DNA of 48,066 nucleotides from Candidatus Ruminococcus hominiciens (GTDB taxonomy: Bacteria > Bacillota > Clostridia > Oscillospirales > Ruminococcaceae): positions 1 to 48,066 of the forward strand of contig DAPZRK010000001.1 in assembly GCA_037465725.1 (NCBI GenBank), in the 5' to 3' direction. The position numbers and the translations under genes are program-made. Shown piece after piece: positions 18,814 through 27,997 of the stretch; position 1 is the first letter of the stretch; each line of letters starts with the position of its first letter. The notes under the pieces were generated by a model that did no database searches, was not told the DNA's origin, and saw only the letters and a program-made list of their open reading frames with translations.

Positions 18814-18834
18814 ACATCATTGAGGTGATAGGCG

Positions 18835-20286
18835 TTGAATAAAAAAAGCTCGTATTTCAAACTTTTCAGCTTTTCAATGTTCATTCTTATAACAATAACT
18901 GTTGTGACTATCGTTATAATGGTAACGATCAGCTCGTTCATGTACAAGCACGCAAAACTCAGCGACCTGAAAACACGGGGCGATACTTTTATAAGCTTCC
19001 TCAAAAGCAGCTACCATGAACCTTACGAGGTCAATTCCTCCGATGCGCAGATACTGCACAAGGAACTTGAGGAGGAGTACGGTCTTACTATCCGCATTTA
19101 CGACTCTCAGGGAAACTGCGTTCTCTCAGCGGACACTTACGGCAACGAAATCAAGGCGGTCGAGCCGCTGTCAGCCGATACAATGGAATCGCTCAAAGAA
19201 GAACCGTATCTCGATTTCGACACGAGCGGATTTTCCTCCAATCAACCGCATATTCTTTACGGAAATGACTTTTTCCTCAAAAACGGCAGCACCCCCACGT
19301 CCACTCAGCGTATGTACGCGATGTTTTATGTGGACTCAGACCAGATAAATATTTACACGGTAAAAATGACGCTCTTTTATTCGGCTTTCGCCGCAGCAGG
19401 ATTTTACCTCTATTTTATCATCAACAGGAAAAAGATGAAGAAATACGCTGAGTTTGAATCCGAGTGCAGGAGAATAGGCGAGCTTTATTCAAAGGGAAAA
19501 TTCGACGAAAAACTCCAGACCAACATCTCAGGTCTGCCCAAGGAGGTCGCCGAATACATGAATTCTCTCGCCTCATGCGCCGAAAAGAGCGAGGACGTCA
19601 GCAAGACCTTTATTGCCAATGTCTCGCACGAACTGCGCACCCCGATCACCACGGTAGGCGGCTTTGTGGACGGAATTCTTGACGGTACTATCCCGAAATC
19701 AAGGCAGAATGAGTACCTTGTTCTCGTTTCAAACGAGATACACAGACTGAAGATACTCATCAGCTCAATGCTGAATATGTCGCGCTTTGAGTCGGGCACG
19801 CTCTCGCCGAATTTCCGCGAGACAAACCTCACCGACCTCGTTATCCAGACCGTTCTCATGTTCGAGAAAAAAATCGAGGACAAGAACCTCAATGTCGAGG
19901 GTCTCGGCGAGGGCAGAGTTGTCGCAATCGCAGACGCAGACCTCATGCAGCAGGTTTTCTACAACCTTATCGAAAACGCGGTAAAGTTCATCGATGACGG
20001 CGGCACGCTCTCATTCCGCTTTGAAACCGTTGACGGAATATGCACGGTCGGTATCAGGAACACGGGCGAGGGTCTGAAAAACAGCGAGATAGAACAGGTT
20101 TTCAACCGCTTTTACAAGACCGATTCCTCACGGGGCAAGGATACCACGGGTCTCGGTCTGGGACTTTCCATTTCAAGAAAGATCGTTCACCTTCACAGCG
20201 GTCACATCGTTGTAAAGAGTGTTTACGGAGAATATACCGAGTTTCTGGTTCAGATACCGGAAAAGGGCCCTCAGAAGAAAGGATAA
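18835..20286 (+). CDS. Membrane sensor histidine kinase
   Basis: Two TM segments; H-box NVSHELRTP; N-box NLIENAVKF; F and G2 boxes (RFYKTD, GLGLGLSI); TTG start. Confidence 0.93.
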   Translation: MNKKSSYFKLFSFSMFILITITVVTIVIMVTISSFMYKHAKLSDLKTRGDTFISFLKSSYHEPYEVNSSDAQILHKELEEEYGLTIRIYDSQGNCVLSADTYGNEIKAVEPLSADTMESLKEEPYLDFDTSGFSSNQPHILYGNDFFLKNGSTPTSTQRMYAMFYVDSDQINIYTVKMTLFYSAFAAAGFYLYFIINRKKMKKYAEFESECRRIGELYSKGKFDEKLQTNISGLPKEVAEYMNSLASCAEKSEDVSKTFIANVSHELRTPITTVGGFVDGILDGTIPKSRQNEYLVLVSNEIHRLKILISSMLNMSRFESGTLSPNFRETNLTDLVIQTVLMFEKKIEDKNLNVEGLGEGRVVAIADADLMQQVFYNLIENAVKFIDDGGTLSFRFETVDGICTVGIRNTGEGLKNSEIEQVFNRFYKTDSSRGKDTTGLGLGLSISRKIVHLHSGHIVVKSVYGEYTEFLVQIPEKGPQKKG

Positions 20287-20289
20287 AAT

Positions 20290-21834
20290 ATGGACGAAAC
20301 AGGCAACAATTTCGGTACGCCGACTGACGGACAGCAGAACGTCAGCGACGGCAAAGGCTCAGATATAAATACAGATATCCCGATATACGAATCTCATCAG
20401 GAGACAGAGGTGAATCCTCCTCCGCAGAATACCACACCGCCGAATCAGCCACAGCAGTTCAGCTCCCCGCCTCCGATACAGCAGCATCAGGGCGGATTCA
20501 ACCGCCAGCCCTACAACGGCACATCTTACGGCAGCAGTCAGCAGCCGCAGCGTCCCGTTTACGACAGCTTTATGTACGAGCCGCTCGGTTTTGAGGAGCT
20601 TGAACGCCGTCAGCGCGAACAAGCCGCTTTAGCCGCGGCAGAGGCTGAAAAAGCTGAGAAAAAACAGCGCAGCCGTGCGGAAACTGCACTCATAATTATT
20701 TTTTCGCTTATCCTCATCGCTGCTCTGGCGATCGCGGTTTTCGGAATAATCTACGACATCACGAACAGCGGCAAGGCCATGAAAAACATTCCCGCCGCGC
20801 AGAATGTTGTACTCTACCGCGAATCCAAACCCGCCGGAGCCAATGACTTCGACAACTTTGTTGACCAGAGCGGCAAATACACGATAGAGGGCGTTTCGGA
20901 GCTTGTCCGCCCCTCGATAGTCAAGATATACACCTACTCCGACCCCACTACGCTTGCAGGCACAGGCTCGGGAATAGTTCTCTCCGAAGACGGCTATATC
21001 GTAACGAATGCGCACGTTCTCCTCTCCACAGGCACACACACGGTCGAAACGGTTGACGGCGAGCAGTACTCCGCGAAAATCATAGGCAGGGACGCAAAAA
21101 CCGATATCGCTGTTATCAAAGTAAATTCGACAGACCTCACTCCGGCAACGTTCGGCGACTCTGACGAAACTATTGTCGGCGAATCAGTTATAGCTATCGG
21201 AAATCCTGCCGACCTGTCAAGCACGGTCACAAACGGTATCGTCTCCGCTGTCAGCAGAAAGATCAAGAGCGCCTCTACGGGCTTTGAAATGGACTGCATT
21301 CAGACCAATGCCGACATAAGCCCCGGAAATTCGGGCGGAGCGCTGGTCAATATGTACGGTCAGGTCATCGGTATCACTTCATCGAAATATGTAAGCTCAA
21401 GCTTTGAGGGACTCGGATTCGCGATAACGGTCAATGAGGCTCTCCCCGTTATTGAGGAACTCATCAATAACGGCTATATTTCGGGACGTTTCCGTATCGG
21501 TATACAGCTCATTGATATGTCGTCGGAAGTCCGCATTGCCACTATTGAGGAGGCTCTTGGCTACGCTCTTCCAGAGGACTTCAAGGGCATTTACATCGCC
21601 GAGATCAGCGAGGACTGCGACATTGCTAATACCGAGCTGAAAGTCGGCGACTTCATCACGGAGATCAACGGCAAGACTATCTCCACCTATGATGAACTTT
21701 ACGACACTATCAGCAGTATGTACGGCGCAGGAGATACAGTTCCCGCGACCTGCGCTCACGTCAGCGAAAACGGCAGCGTGAGCTACTACAATATCGAGTT
21801 CAAACTCATGGATGATACTTCTGGGGATTATTGA
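20290..21834 (+). CDS. htrA: HtrA/DegP-like serine protease with PDZ domain
   Basis: Pro/Gln-rich N-terminus, one TM, TNAHV, DIAV, PGNSGG, C-terminal PDZ-like region. Confidence 0.9.
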   Translation: MDETGNNFGTPTDGQQNVSDGKGSDINTDIPIYESHQETEVNPPPQNTTPPNQPQQFSSPPPIQQHQGGFNRQPYNGTSYGSSQQPQRPVYDSFMYEPLGFEELERRQREQAALAAAEAEKAEKKQRSRAETALIIIFSLILIAALAIAVFGIIYDITNSGKAMKNIPAAQNVVLYRESKPAGANDFDNFVDQSGKYTIEGVSELVRPSIVKIYTYSDPTTLAGTGSGIVLSEDGYIVTNAHVLLSTGTHTVETVDGEQYSAKIIGRDAKTDIAVIKVNSTDLTPATFGDSDETIVGESVIAIGNPADLSSTVTNGIVSAVSRKIKSASTGFEMDCIQTNADISPGNSGGALVNMYGQVIGITSSKYVSSSFEGLGFAITVNEALPVIEELINNGYISGRFRIGIQLIDMSSEVRIATIEEALGYALPEDFKGIYIAEISEDCDIANTELKVGDFITEINGKTISTYDELYDTISSMYGAGDTVPATCAHVSENGSVSYYNIEFKLMDDTSGDY

Positions 21835-21848
21835 TCCTATGACGCGAT

Positions 21849-21882
21849 AAAAACGGCTGTCCGATCTGCGGACAGCTGTTTT
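21849..21882. terminator. Bidirectional terminator between convergent genes
   Basis: AAAAACGGCTGTCCG-ATCTG-CGGACAGCTGTTTT. Confidence 0.85.
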
Positions 21883-21893
21883 GCTATACTCGC

Positions 21894-22292
21894 CTAATCT
21901 CTGAGGTTTTTGGGCCTTTTCATGTTTACACCCACAGCTCCGCCTGCTGCTCCCGACAGAACAAGCAGCAGGAGTTTCTTTAAGCCGATGAATCCTCCCG
22001 TAACGATAAGCGAGCAGACTGTGAGAAAGAAATACATTACAGATCCGCAGACCGCGCCCTCGAAAGCGCCCCTGCGCCGCCTGTGCCTGCCGCATATGAG
22101 CGAGCCGACATATCCGCCGACCATGATAGCTCCGGCTGAGAAATATTTCACCGTGCGCATATCTCCGAGAAAGAAGTATATCACCAGCGCTGACAGCGCT
22201 GTGAGTATAAGCGAGCAAAATAGTCCTGCCGAAGCCGATATCATGAGGCTCATGAAGCTGCCTGCCCATATGCTTTTCCGATAACTGCGCAT
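21894..22292 (-). CDS. Small four-TM membrane protein (TIGR04086/YrzE-like)
   Basis: Four hydrophobic helices, RRRRGAFEG motif, GGAVGVN C-terminus; lies downstream of yajC; GGAGG RBS before ATG at 22292. Confidence 0.7.
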   Translation of the reverse strand: MRSYRKSIWAGSFMSLMISASAGLFCSLILTALSALVIYFFLGDMRTVKYFSAGAIMVGGYVGSLICGRHRRRRGAFEGAVCGSVMYFFLTVCSLIVTGGFIGLKKLLLLVLSGAAGGAVGVNMKRPKNLRD

Positions 22293-22344
22293 AAAAAACC
22301 TCCGCAAAAGAATTGTACAACCAATTCTATGCGGAGTTTTTTTT
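22293..22344 (-). terminator. yajC terminator hairpin overlapping the RBS of the next gene
   Basis: Minus strand CTCCGCAtAGAATTG...CAATTCTttTGCGGAGG followed by a T run and then ATG. Confidence 0.7.
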
Positions 22345-22346
22345 AA

Positions 22347-22877
22347 TTATTCCTCGTCCTTTTTCTTCTTTTTGGACTTCTTTTCAGCCGAATCATCGTC
22401 AACTACGGCAGCAGAAGCCATTCCTGCGTCCTTGGACTTCTTTGCAGAACCGGCAGCCTTGGCAGCCTTAGCGCGCTCCATAGCTGTAACGTTCTCGGTG
22501 ATCGCCCAGTTCTTGATCCTGAGCTTGTGCTTTGCGCCGCCTGTCTCGATAACGACCGTATCCTCGCCTACGCTTACAACCATGCCGACGATTCCGCCGC
22601 CTGTAACGACCTCGTCACCGACCTGAAGGCTGTCCTGCATTTCCTTGAGTTCCTTGTCTCTCTTCTTCTGGGGTCTGATAGCGATGAAGTAGAGGAGAGC
22701 AAACATGATGATGAGCGGAAGGATAAGGGTAAAGAACGAACCCTGACTCGTTGTCTGCTGTGTGCTTGAAGCAGTGTCAGCAGCCTCCTCGGCAAAAGCG
22801 CTCATTGCGGCAAAAGAAGCCGACATAATGGTAAATACAGCGGCACTTGCGATGCTCATTAGTTTCTTTCTGTTCAT
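22347..22877 (-). CDS. yajC: Preprotein translocase subunit YajC with N- and C-terminal extensions
   Basis: YFIAIRPQKKR...LQVGDEVVTGGGIVG core. Confidence 0.92.
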   Translation of the reverse strand: MNRKKLMSIASAAVFTIMSASFAAMSAFAEEAADTASSTQQTTSQGSFFTLILPLIIMFALLYFIAIRPQKKRDKELKEMQDSLQVGDEVVTGGGIVGMVVSVGEDTVVIETGGAKHKLRIKNWAITENVTAMERAKAAKAAGSAKKSKDAGMASAAVVDDDSAEKKSKKKKKDEE

Positions 22878-22934
22878 AAATTATCTCCATTCTGCCGCAC
22901 GCGCGGCTGTTTTACTTATAATATTACAAAGAAT

Positions 22935-22963
22935 ATTATAGCATAATTTACCGCGCAATGCAA
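22935..22963 (-). promoter_or_regulatory. yajC sigma-A promoter
   Basis: Minus strand TTGCAT-17bp-TATAAT with extended TG. Confidence 0.7.
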
Positions 22964-23033
22964 GCACTTTTTGCCGATTTCACGCAGTATTCACATTTTT
23001 TCCCACATAGGCTCGGTCAGGCAGAGCCTTAAC

Positions 23034-23063
23034 AAAAAACCGCTCCCTCAAAGGGAACGGTTT
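23034..23063 (-). terminator. Terminator of the ribosomal protein superoperon
   Basis: Minus strand AAACCGTTCCCT-TTG-AGGGAGCGGTTTTTT after rplQ. Confidence 0.85.
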
Positions 23064-23090
23064 AGTCGCTTATTTATAAGAATCTATCGA

Positions 23091-23432
23091 TCAAACGAGC
23101 TTGATGATAGCCATCTCAGCAGCGTCTCCACGACGGGGACCGATCTTTACGATCTGTGTATATCCACCGTTTCTGTCAGCATATTTGGGAGAGATCTCGT
23201 CGAAAAGCTTCTTTGCAACGGACTCCTTAGTAACGTAAGCCAATACCTGACGCTTGGAGTGCAGATCATCGTTTTTACCGATTGTGATCATTTTTTCTGC
23301 AACAGCGCGGACTTCCTTAGCTCTTGTAACAGTCGTTTCGATCTGACCATTCTCAAGAAGGAAAGTCACCATGCCTCTAAGCATAGCCTTTCTATGGTCA
23401 GATGTTCTGCCCAGCTTTCTTGTACCCGGCAT
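23091..23432 (-). CDS. rplQ: 50S ribosomal protein L17
   Basis: [22 protein letters not shown]; operon position. Confidence 0.99.
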   Translation of the reverse strand: MPGTRKLGRTSDHRKAMLRGMVTFLLENGQIETTVTRAKEVRAVAEKMITIGKNDDLHSKRQVLAYVTKESVAKKLFDEISPKYADRNGGYTQIVKIGPRRGDAAEMAIIKLV

Positions 23433-23461
23433 TGTATTTCACTCCTTTGTAATTTATAGGG

Positions 23462-24427
23462 TTATTCTTCTTCAGAGGAGAGTTCAAAGCCCAGTGACTG
23501 GAGCTTTTCCTTGACCTCGTCGAAGGATTTCTTTCCAAGGTTTCTAACCTTCATCATTTCTTCCTCAGACTTGTTTATCAAGTCGTCCACAGTATTAATT
23601 CCTGCACGCTTCAAGCAGTTGAAGGAACGTACCGAAAGGTCGAGATCTTCAATAGTCATCTCAAGGATCTTTTCCTTACCCTTTTCGTCCTTTTCTACGA
23701 GAACCTCTGCAAGTCTTGCCTCTTCAGAGAGGTCGATAAAGAGCTTGAGGTGTTCTCCGAGGAGGTTAGCCGCCTGTGAGAGAGCTTCCTTAGCGGAGAT
23801 AGTACCATCGGTCCATACCTCCATGGTAAGCTTATCATAGTCGGTCACCTGACCCAGACGGGTATCCTCTACGGTATAATTGACCTTCAGAACAGGAGTA
23901 TAGATGCTGTCAACGGCGATGACATCAACAGGGAGATTTACCTGCTTCTTGTTTCTTTCAGCAGAAACATATCCGCGGCCTCTGTCGATCGTTATCTCCA
24001 TATAGAGCTTTGCGTCTTTACCCAATGTAGCAATGTGCATACCGGGATCAAGAATATTGACCTCAGAGTCGGTTTTTATATCACCGGCAGTTATTTCGCA
24101 CTCACCCTCTGCTTCTATATAGACTGTCTTAGGACCCTCACCGTAAAGCTTTGCGGTGAGACCCTTTATACTGAGGATTATTTCGGTAACGTCTTCCTTT
24201 ACGCCCGGAATAGTTGACAACTCATGGTGGACCGTACCATCCTTGCCCGAAAGCTTTACAGATGTTACAGCCACACCCGGAAGTGAGGAGAGCAGCACAC
24301 GTCTGAGGCTGTTTCCAAGAGTAATTCCGTACCCGCGCTCCAACGGTGCTAAAACGAATTTGCCGTATTTGCCGTCACTTTTAAGCTCGACGATATCAAT
24401 ATCAGGCTTATTAATTTTTTCCAGCAT
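23462..24427 (-). CDS. rpoA: RNA polymerase alpha subunit
   Basis: [38 protein letters not shown] before ATG at 24427. Confidence 0.99.
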   Translation of the reverse strand: MLEKINKPDIDIVELKSDGKYGKFVLAPLERGYGITLGNSLRRVLLSSLPGVAVTSVKLSGKDGTVHHELSTIPGVKEDVTEIILSIKGLTAKLYGEGPKTVYIEAEGECEITAGDIKTDSEVNILDPGMHIATLGKDAKLYMEITIDRGRGYVSAERNKKQVNLPVDVIAVDSIYTPVLKVNYTVEDTRLGQVTDYDKLTMEVWTDGTISAKEALSQAANLLGEHLKLFIDLSEEARLAEVLVEKDEKGKEKILEMTIEDLDLSVRSFNCLKRAGINTVDDLINKSEEEMMKVRNLGKKSFDEVKEKLQSLGFELSSEEE

Positions 24428-24496
24428 AAAAACCCTCCTATTTCGCAATTAATGTGTTTTTTGAGTACTGTAGTCTCAAGTAATGTTTTATCACTA

Positions 24497-25096
24497 TTAC
24501 TTGGAGTACAGCTCGACGATGAGGTGTGTTGCTACCTCGTAGTCAAGGTCCTCAACTGAAGGAAGACGATTAACTGTAGCGGAGAAGTCGTCCTTGTTAG
24601 CTGTGAGCCAGATCGGAACGAGTCTGTCCTTAGTCTCCTCTACTGTGTTCTTGAACTTCTCGGAAGTTCTGTCCTTCTCTCTGAGAGCGATAACATCGCC
24701 GACTTTAACTCTGTAGGAAGGAATGTTTACTTTCTTGCCGTTTACTGTATAGTGGCTGTGAACAACAAGCTGTCTTGCTTCTCTTCTTGTGAGAGCGAGA
24801 CCCATTCTGAAAACAACGCTGTCGAGTCTTGTTTCGAGGCAAGTGATGAGGTTGTCACCAGCCTTGCCCTCCATCTTTTCAGCGATAGAGAAGTAGTGTC
24901 TGAACTGCTTCTCAAGCACGCCATAGATAAACTTCAGCTTCTGCTTTTCCTTGAGCTGAAGACCGTATTCAGAGATCTTCTTTCTGTTGTTAGCGTTCTT
25001 GAAACGGATAGATTCTTTCTTGGAAACGCCCATTACAGCGGGGCTGATGCCCAGATATCTGCACTTTTTAAGAATAGGTTCTTTCTGTACTGCCAT
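24497..25096 (-). CDS. rpsD: 30S ribosomal protein S4
   Basis: SEYGLQLKEKQK, LETRLD, ARQLVVH, IVELYSK. Confidence 0.98.
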   Translation of the reverse strand: MAVQKEPILKKCRYLGISPAVMGVSKKESIRFKNANNRKKISEYGLQLKEKQKLKFIYGVLEKQFRHYFSIAEKMEGKAGDNLITCLETRLDSVVFRMGLALTRREARQLVVHSHYTVNGKKVNIPSYRVKVGDVIALREKDRTSEKFKNTVEETKDRLVPIWLTANKDDFSATVNRLPSVEDLDYEVATHLIVELYSK

Positions 25097-25116
25097 TTTA
25101 AAACACCTCCTGTTGA

Positions 25117-25521
25117 TTAGACACGACGTCTCTTAGGCGGACGGCATCCATTGTGGGGGATAGGAGTAACGTCCTTGATCATTCTTACCTCAAGGCCTAC
25201 AGTCTGGAGAGCTCTGATAGCAGCTTCTCTTCCTGCTCCGGGTCCCTTTACGTAAACTTCAACGTTCTTGAGGCCGTGCTCCATAGCAGCCTTAGCAGCC
25301 GTCTCAGCAGCAGTCTGTGCTGCAAAAGGAGTAGACTTCTTTGAACCTCTGAAGCCGAGCTCGCCTGCGCTTGCCCAAGAAATAGCGTTGCCTGCGAGGT
25401 CTGTGATAGTTACGATAGTATTATTGAAAGTGGACTGAATATGAACTGCGCCGCTTTCGATGTTCTTACGCTCTCTGCGTCTTCTGATGGTAGTAACCTT
25501 TTTACCCTTCTGCTGTGCCAA
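25117..25521 (-). CDS. rpsK: 30S ribosomal protein S11
   Basis: [24 protein letters not shown]. Confidence 0.99.
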   Translation of the reverse strand: MAQQKGKKVTTIRRRRERKNIESGAVHIQSTFNNTIVTITDLAGNAISWASAGELGFRGSKKSTPFAAQTAAETAAKAAMEHGLKNVEVYVKGPGAGREAAIRALQTVGLEVRMIKDVTPIPHNGCRPPKRRRV

Positions 25522-25535
25522 AGTTCATACCCTCC

Positions 25536-25904
25536 TTACTTCTTCTTGTTAGCGATGGTCTTTACAGGGCCCTTGCGGGTTCTTGCGTTTGTCTTTGTTC
25601 TCTGTCCTCTTACGGGGAGACCCTTACGGTGACGAACGCCTCTGTAGCAGCCTATCTCTACGAGTCTCTTGATGTTAAGAGCAACTTCACGGCGGAGATC
25701 ACCCTCAACTGTATTGTTAGCGTCGATATAGTCACGAAGCTTTGCTACGTCCTCTTCGGAGAGATCCTTAACTCTTACATCAGGGTCTACGCCGGTCTCT
25801 TCGAGGATCTTGGTTGCAGTAGGACGACCGATTCCGTAGATATATGTGAGTCCGATCTCGACTCTCTTGTTCTTCGGAAGGTCAACACCAGCTATTCTTG
25901 CCAT
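25536..25904 (-). CDS. rpsM: 30S ribosomal protein S13
   Basis: [23 protein letters not shown]. Confidence 0.99.
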   Translation of the reverse strand: MARIAGVDLPKNKRVEIGLTYIYGIGRPTATKILEETGVDPDVRVKDLSEEDVAKLRDYIDANNTVEGDLRREVALNIKRLVEIGCYRGVRHRKGLPVRGQRTKTNARTRKGPVKTIANKKK

Positions 25905-25940
25905 ATTGTAATTACCTCCATTTACACGCGTTTAGGGTAA

Positions 25941-26054
25941 TCAGCCCTGACGCTGCTTATGCTTTGGATTTTCGCAGATCACCATGATTCTGCCTTTACG
26001 TTTGATAACCTTGCACTTTTCGCAAATAGGTTTTACTGAAGGTCTGACTTTCAT
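25941..26054 (-). CDS. rpmJ: 50S ribosomal protein L36, Zn-binding type (not in ORF track)
   Basis: Manual translation [46 protein letters not shown]. Confidence 0.98.
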   Translation of the reverse strand: MKVRPSVKPICEKCKVIKRKGRIMVICENPKHKQRQG

Positions 26055-26099
26055 TGGAAAATACCTCCTTTAGCGGATAGCGGACTTGTTAGTCCTTTT

Positions 26100-26318
26100 T
26101 TATTTAACGCGCCATGTGATACGACCCTTTGAGAGGTCATAGGGCGACATTTCAAGCTTTACCTTGTCGCCGGGCACTATTCTGATATAATTCATTCTGA
26201 GCTTGCCGGAAACGTGTGCGAGCACCTCATGACCGTTTTCAAGCTGAACCTTAAACATTGCATTCGGCAGAGCGTCGATCACAACGCCTTCAACCTCAAT
26301 TACATCTTCTTTAGACAC
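26100..26318 (-). CDS. infA: Translation initiation factor IF-1
   Basis: [27 protein letters not shown]. Confidence 0.99.
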   Translation of the reverse strand: MSKEDVIEVEGVVIDALPNAMFKVQLENGHEVLAHVSGKLRMNYIRIVPGDKVKLEMSPYDLSKGRITWRVK

Positions 26319-26333
26319 AAGATAACCTCCTCT

Positions 26334-26576
26334 TTACTCAGCTTCCCTGATCGTCCTCAGGGCAGCGCGGAGTTTTTTATCGGTAATATCGTTTAGATCT
26401 ATCATACTGTTGGTAAGGCGGATATGCTTTATATTCTTTGCCTTGGGGCATTTCAGCTTACGGCTTTTGCCGTCTGCTATATACACGCGGTTTTCGTCTA
26501 TGTCTGTGACGACAAAGAACCCGCCGCAGTCGCGCCCTGCTTCCGCCGCAACAACTGAGCCTGTTTTAAGCTTCAC
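26334..26576 (-). CDS. KOW-domain RNA-binding protein (L14e-like)
   Basis: AGRD...IADGKSRKLKCPKAKNIKH; usual position between map and infA in Firmicutes. Confidence 0.85.
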   Translation of the reverse strand: MKLKTGSVVAAEAGRDCGGFFVVTDIDENRVYIADGKSRKLKCPKAKNIKHIRLTNSMIDLNDITDKKLRAALRTIREAE

Positions 26577-26591
26577 AATGTTGTCCCTCCG

Positions 26592-27344
26592 TCAAGGCTC
26601 TGTCAGAATAACGGGACCGTCAGGAGTTATTGCGATAGCGTGCTCGAAATGAGCTGAAAGAGAACCACTCTTTGTAACCACAGTCCAGCCGTCTTTGAGA
26701 GTTTTCACATCATCGCCCTTGACGTTAATCATCGGCTCGATGCAGATAGTCATACCGGCGACCAATCTTGGGCCGTGACCTGCACGTCCCCAGTTCGGAA
26801 TTTCAGGTGATTCATGTACCTCTCTGCCAATACCGTGGCCGCAGTAATTTCTTACGATTCCGTAGCCTCGTGAAGCACAGTACTCCTCAACAGCGTGTGA
26901 AATATCTCCGATTCTTGCACCCACCTGAGCCTGAGCGATACCCTCATAGAGAGACTGCTTTGTAACCTCAAGCAATGCTTTGGCTTCATCAGAAATTTTG
27001 CCTACAGGGAAGGTCCAGCAGCTATCACCGTTAAAGCCCTTGTACGCAGCTCCGGTGTCTATGCTGACGATATCGCCTTCCTTTAATCTGTGGCTTGCCT
27101 TTGGGATGCCGTGAATGATCTCCTCATTGACTGAGATACAAGCATTCGCGGGGAATCCGTAAAGACCTTTGAAGCAGGACTTGCACCCGTGCTTGGCGTA
27201 ATACTCGCCTACGAGCTTATCAACATCGAGTGTCGACATACCTGCCCTTAGCTTCTCGCCCGCATACCATATTGCGCCGCAGGTGATTCTTCCTGCTTCA
27301 CGCATTATGGCGAGTTCGGACTTTGTTTTAATAGTAATTCCCAT
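26592..27344 (-). CDS. map: Methionine aminopeptidase type I
   Basis: SVNEEIIHGIP, GHGIG, HESP, IEPM, SAHFEH. Confidence 0.98.
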   Translation of the reverse strand: MGITIKTKSELAIMREAGRITCGAIWYAGEKLRAGMSTLDVDKLVGEYYAKHGCKSCFKGLYGFPANACISVNEEIIHGIPKASHRLKEGDIVSIDTGAAYKGFNGDSCWTFPVGKISDEAKALLEVTKQSLYEGIAQAQVGARIGDISHAVEEYCASRGYGIVRNYCGHGIGREVHESPEIPNWGRAGHGPRLVAGMTICIEPMINVKGDDVKTLKDGWTVVTKSGSLSAHFEHAIAITPDGPVILTEP

Positions 27345-27979
27345 TACTTGACTCCTACAGCTTCAAGAGTGAGCTTAGAAGTATCAGCAACCTCTTCCTG
27401 TCCCTCTACGGTAACAAGCTTGCCCTGCTTCTCATAGTAGTCCTTGAGAGGAGCTGTTTTTTCGTGATAAGTAGCGAGTCTGTCGAGAACGACTTCAGGC
27501 TGATCGTCCTTACGGATGATAGTCTTGTCTCCGCACTTATCGCAGATGCCCTCAACCTTTGAAGGCTTGTACTGGATGTGGTATGAAGCGCCGCAGCCCT
27601 GGCAGACTCTTCTGCCTGAAACTCTCTGCTTGATAGTTTCATCGGGCACGTCGATCTCAACCACTTTATCGATCTGAATGTTCATAGCGTCAAGAGCCTC
27701 AGCCTGAGGAACAGTTCTCGGAAAACCGTCGAGGATAAAACCGTTGCGGCAGTCGTCCTGAGCGATTCTTTCCTTGAGGATACCGATAACGATATCATCA
27801 GAAACGAGCGCGCCTGCGTCCATAGCAGCCTTAGCCTTGAGACCGTACTCAGTGCCGTTCTTGGCAGCTTCGCGAAGAATGTTGCCTGTAGAGATCTGAG
27901 GAATGTTCAGAGCCTCTGAAACGACCTCTGCCTGAGTTCCTTTTCCTGCGCCGGGAGCGCCTAAAAAGATAAGGTTCAT
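27344..27979 (-). CDS. adk: Adenylate kinase
   Basis: [18 protein letters not shown], four-Cys lid. Confidence 0.99.
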   Translation of the reverse strand: MNLIFLGAPGAGKGTQAEVVSEALNIPQISTGNILREAAKNGTEYGLKAKAAMDAGALVSDDIVIGILKERIAQDDCRNGFILDGFPRTVPQAEALDAMNIQIDKVVEIDVPDETIKQRVSGRRVCQGCGASYHIQYKPSKVEGICDKCGDKTIIRKDDQPEVVLDRLATYHEKTAPLKDYYEKQGKLVTVEGQEEVADTSKLTLEAVGVK

Positions 27980-27997
27980 AAATCTGTTCCTCCTACT

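Noticed and set aside
21835..21893. SCIFF ranthipeptide gene, which often follows yajC and TIGR04086 genes in Clostridia
   Set aside because: No Cys-rich small ORF or radical SAM gene; a terminator and convergent htrA follow directly
21397..22320. 307-aa minus-strand ORF
   Set aside because: Crosses a bidirectional terminator and overlaps htrA antisense; no recognisable motifs
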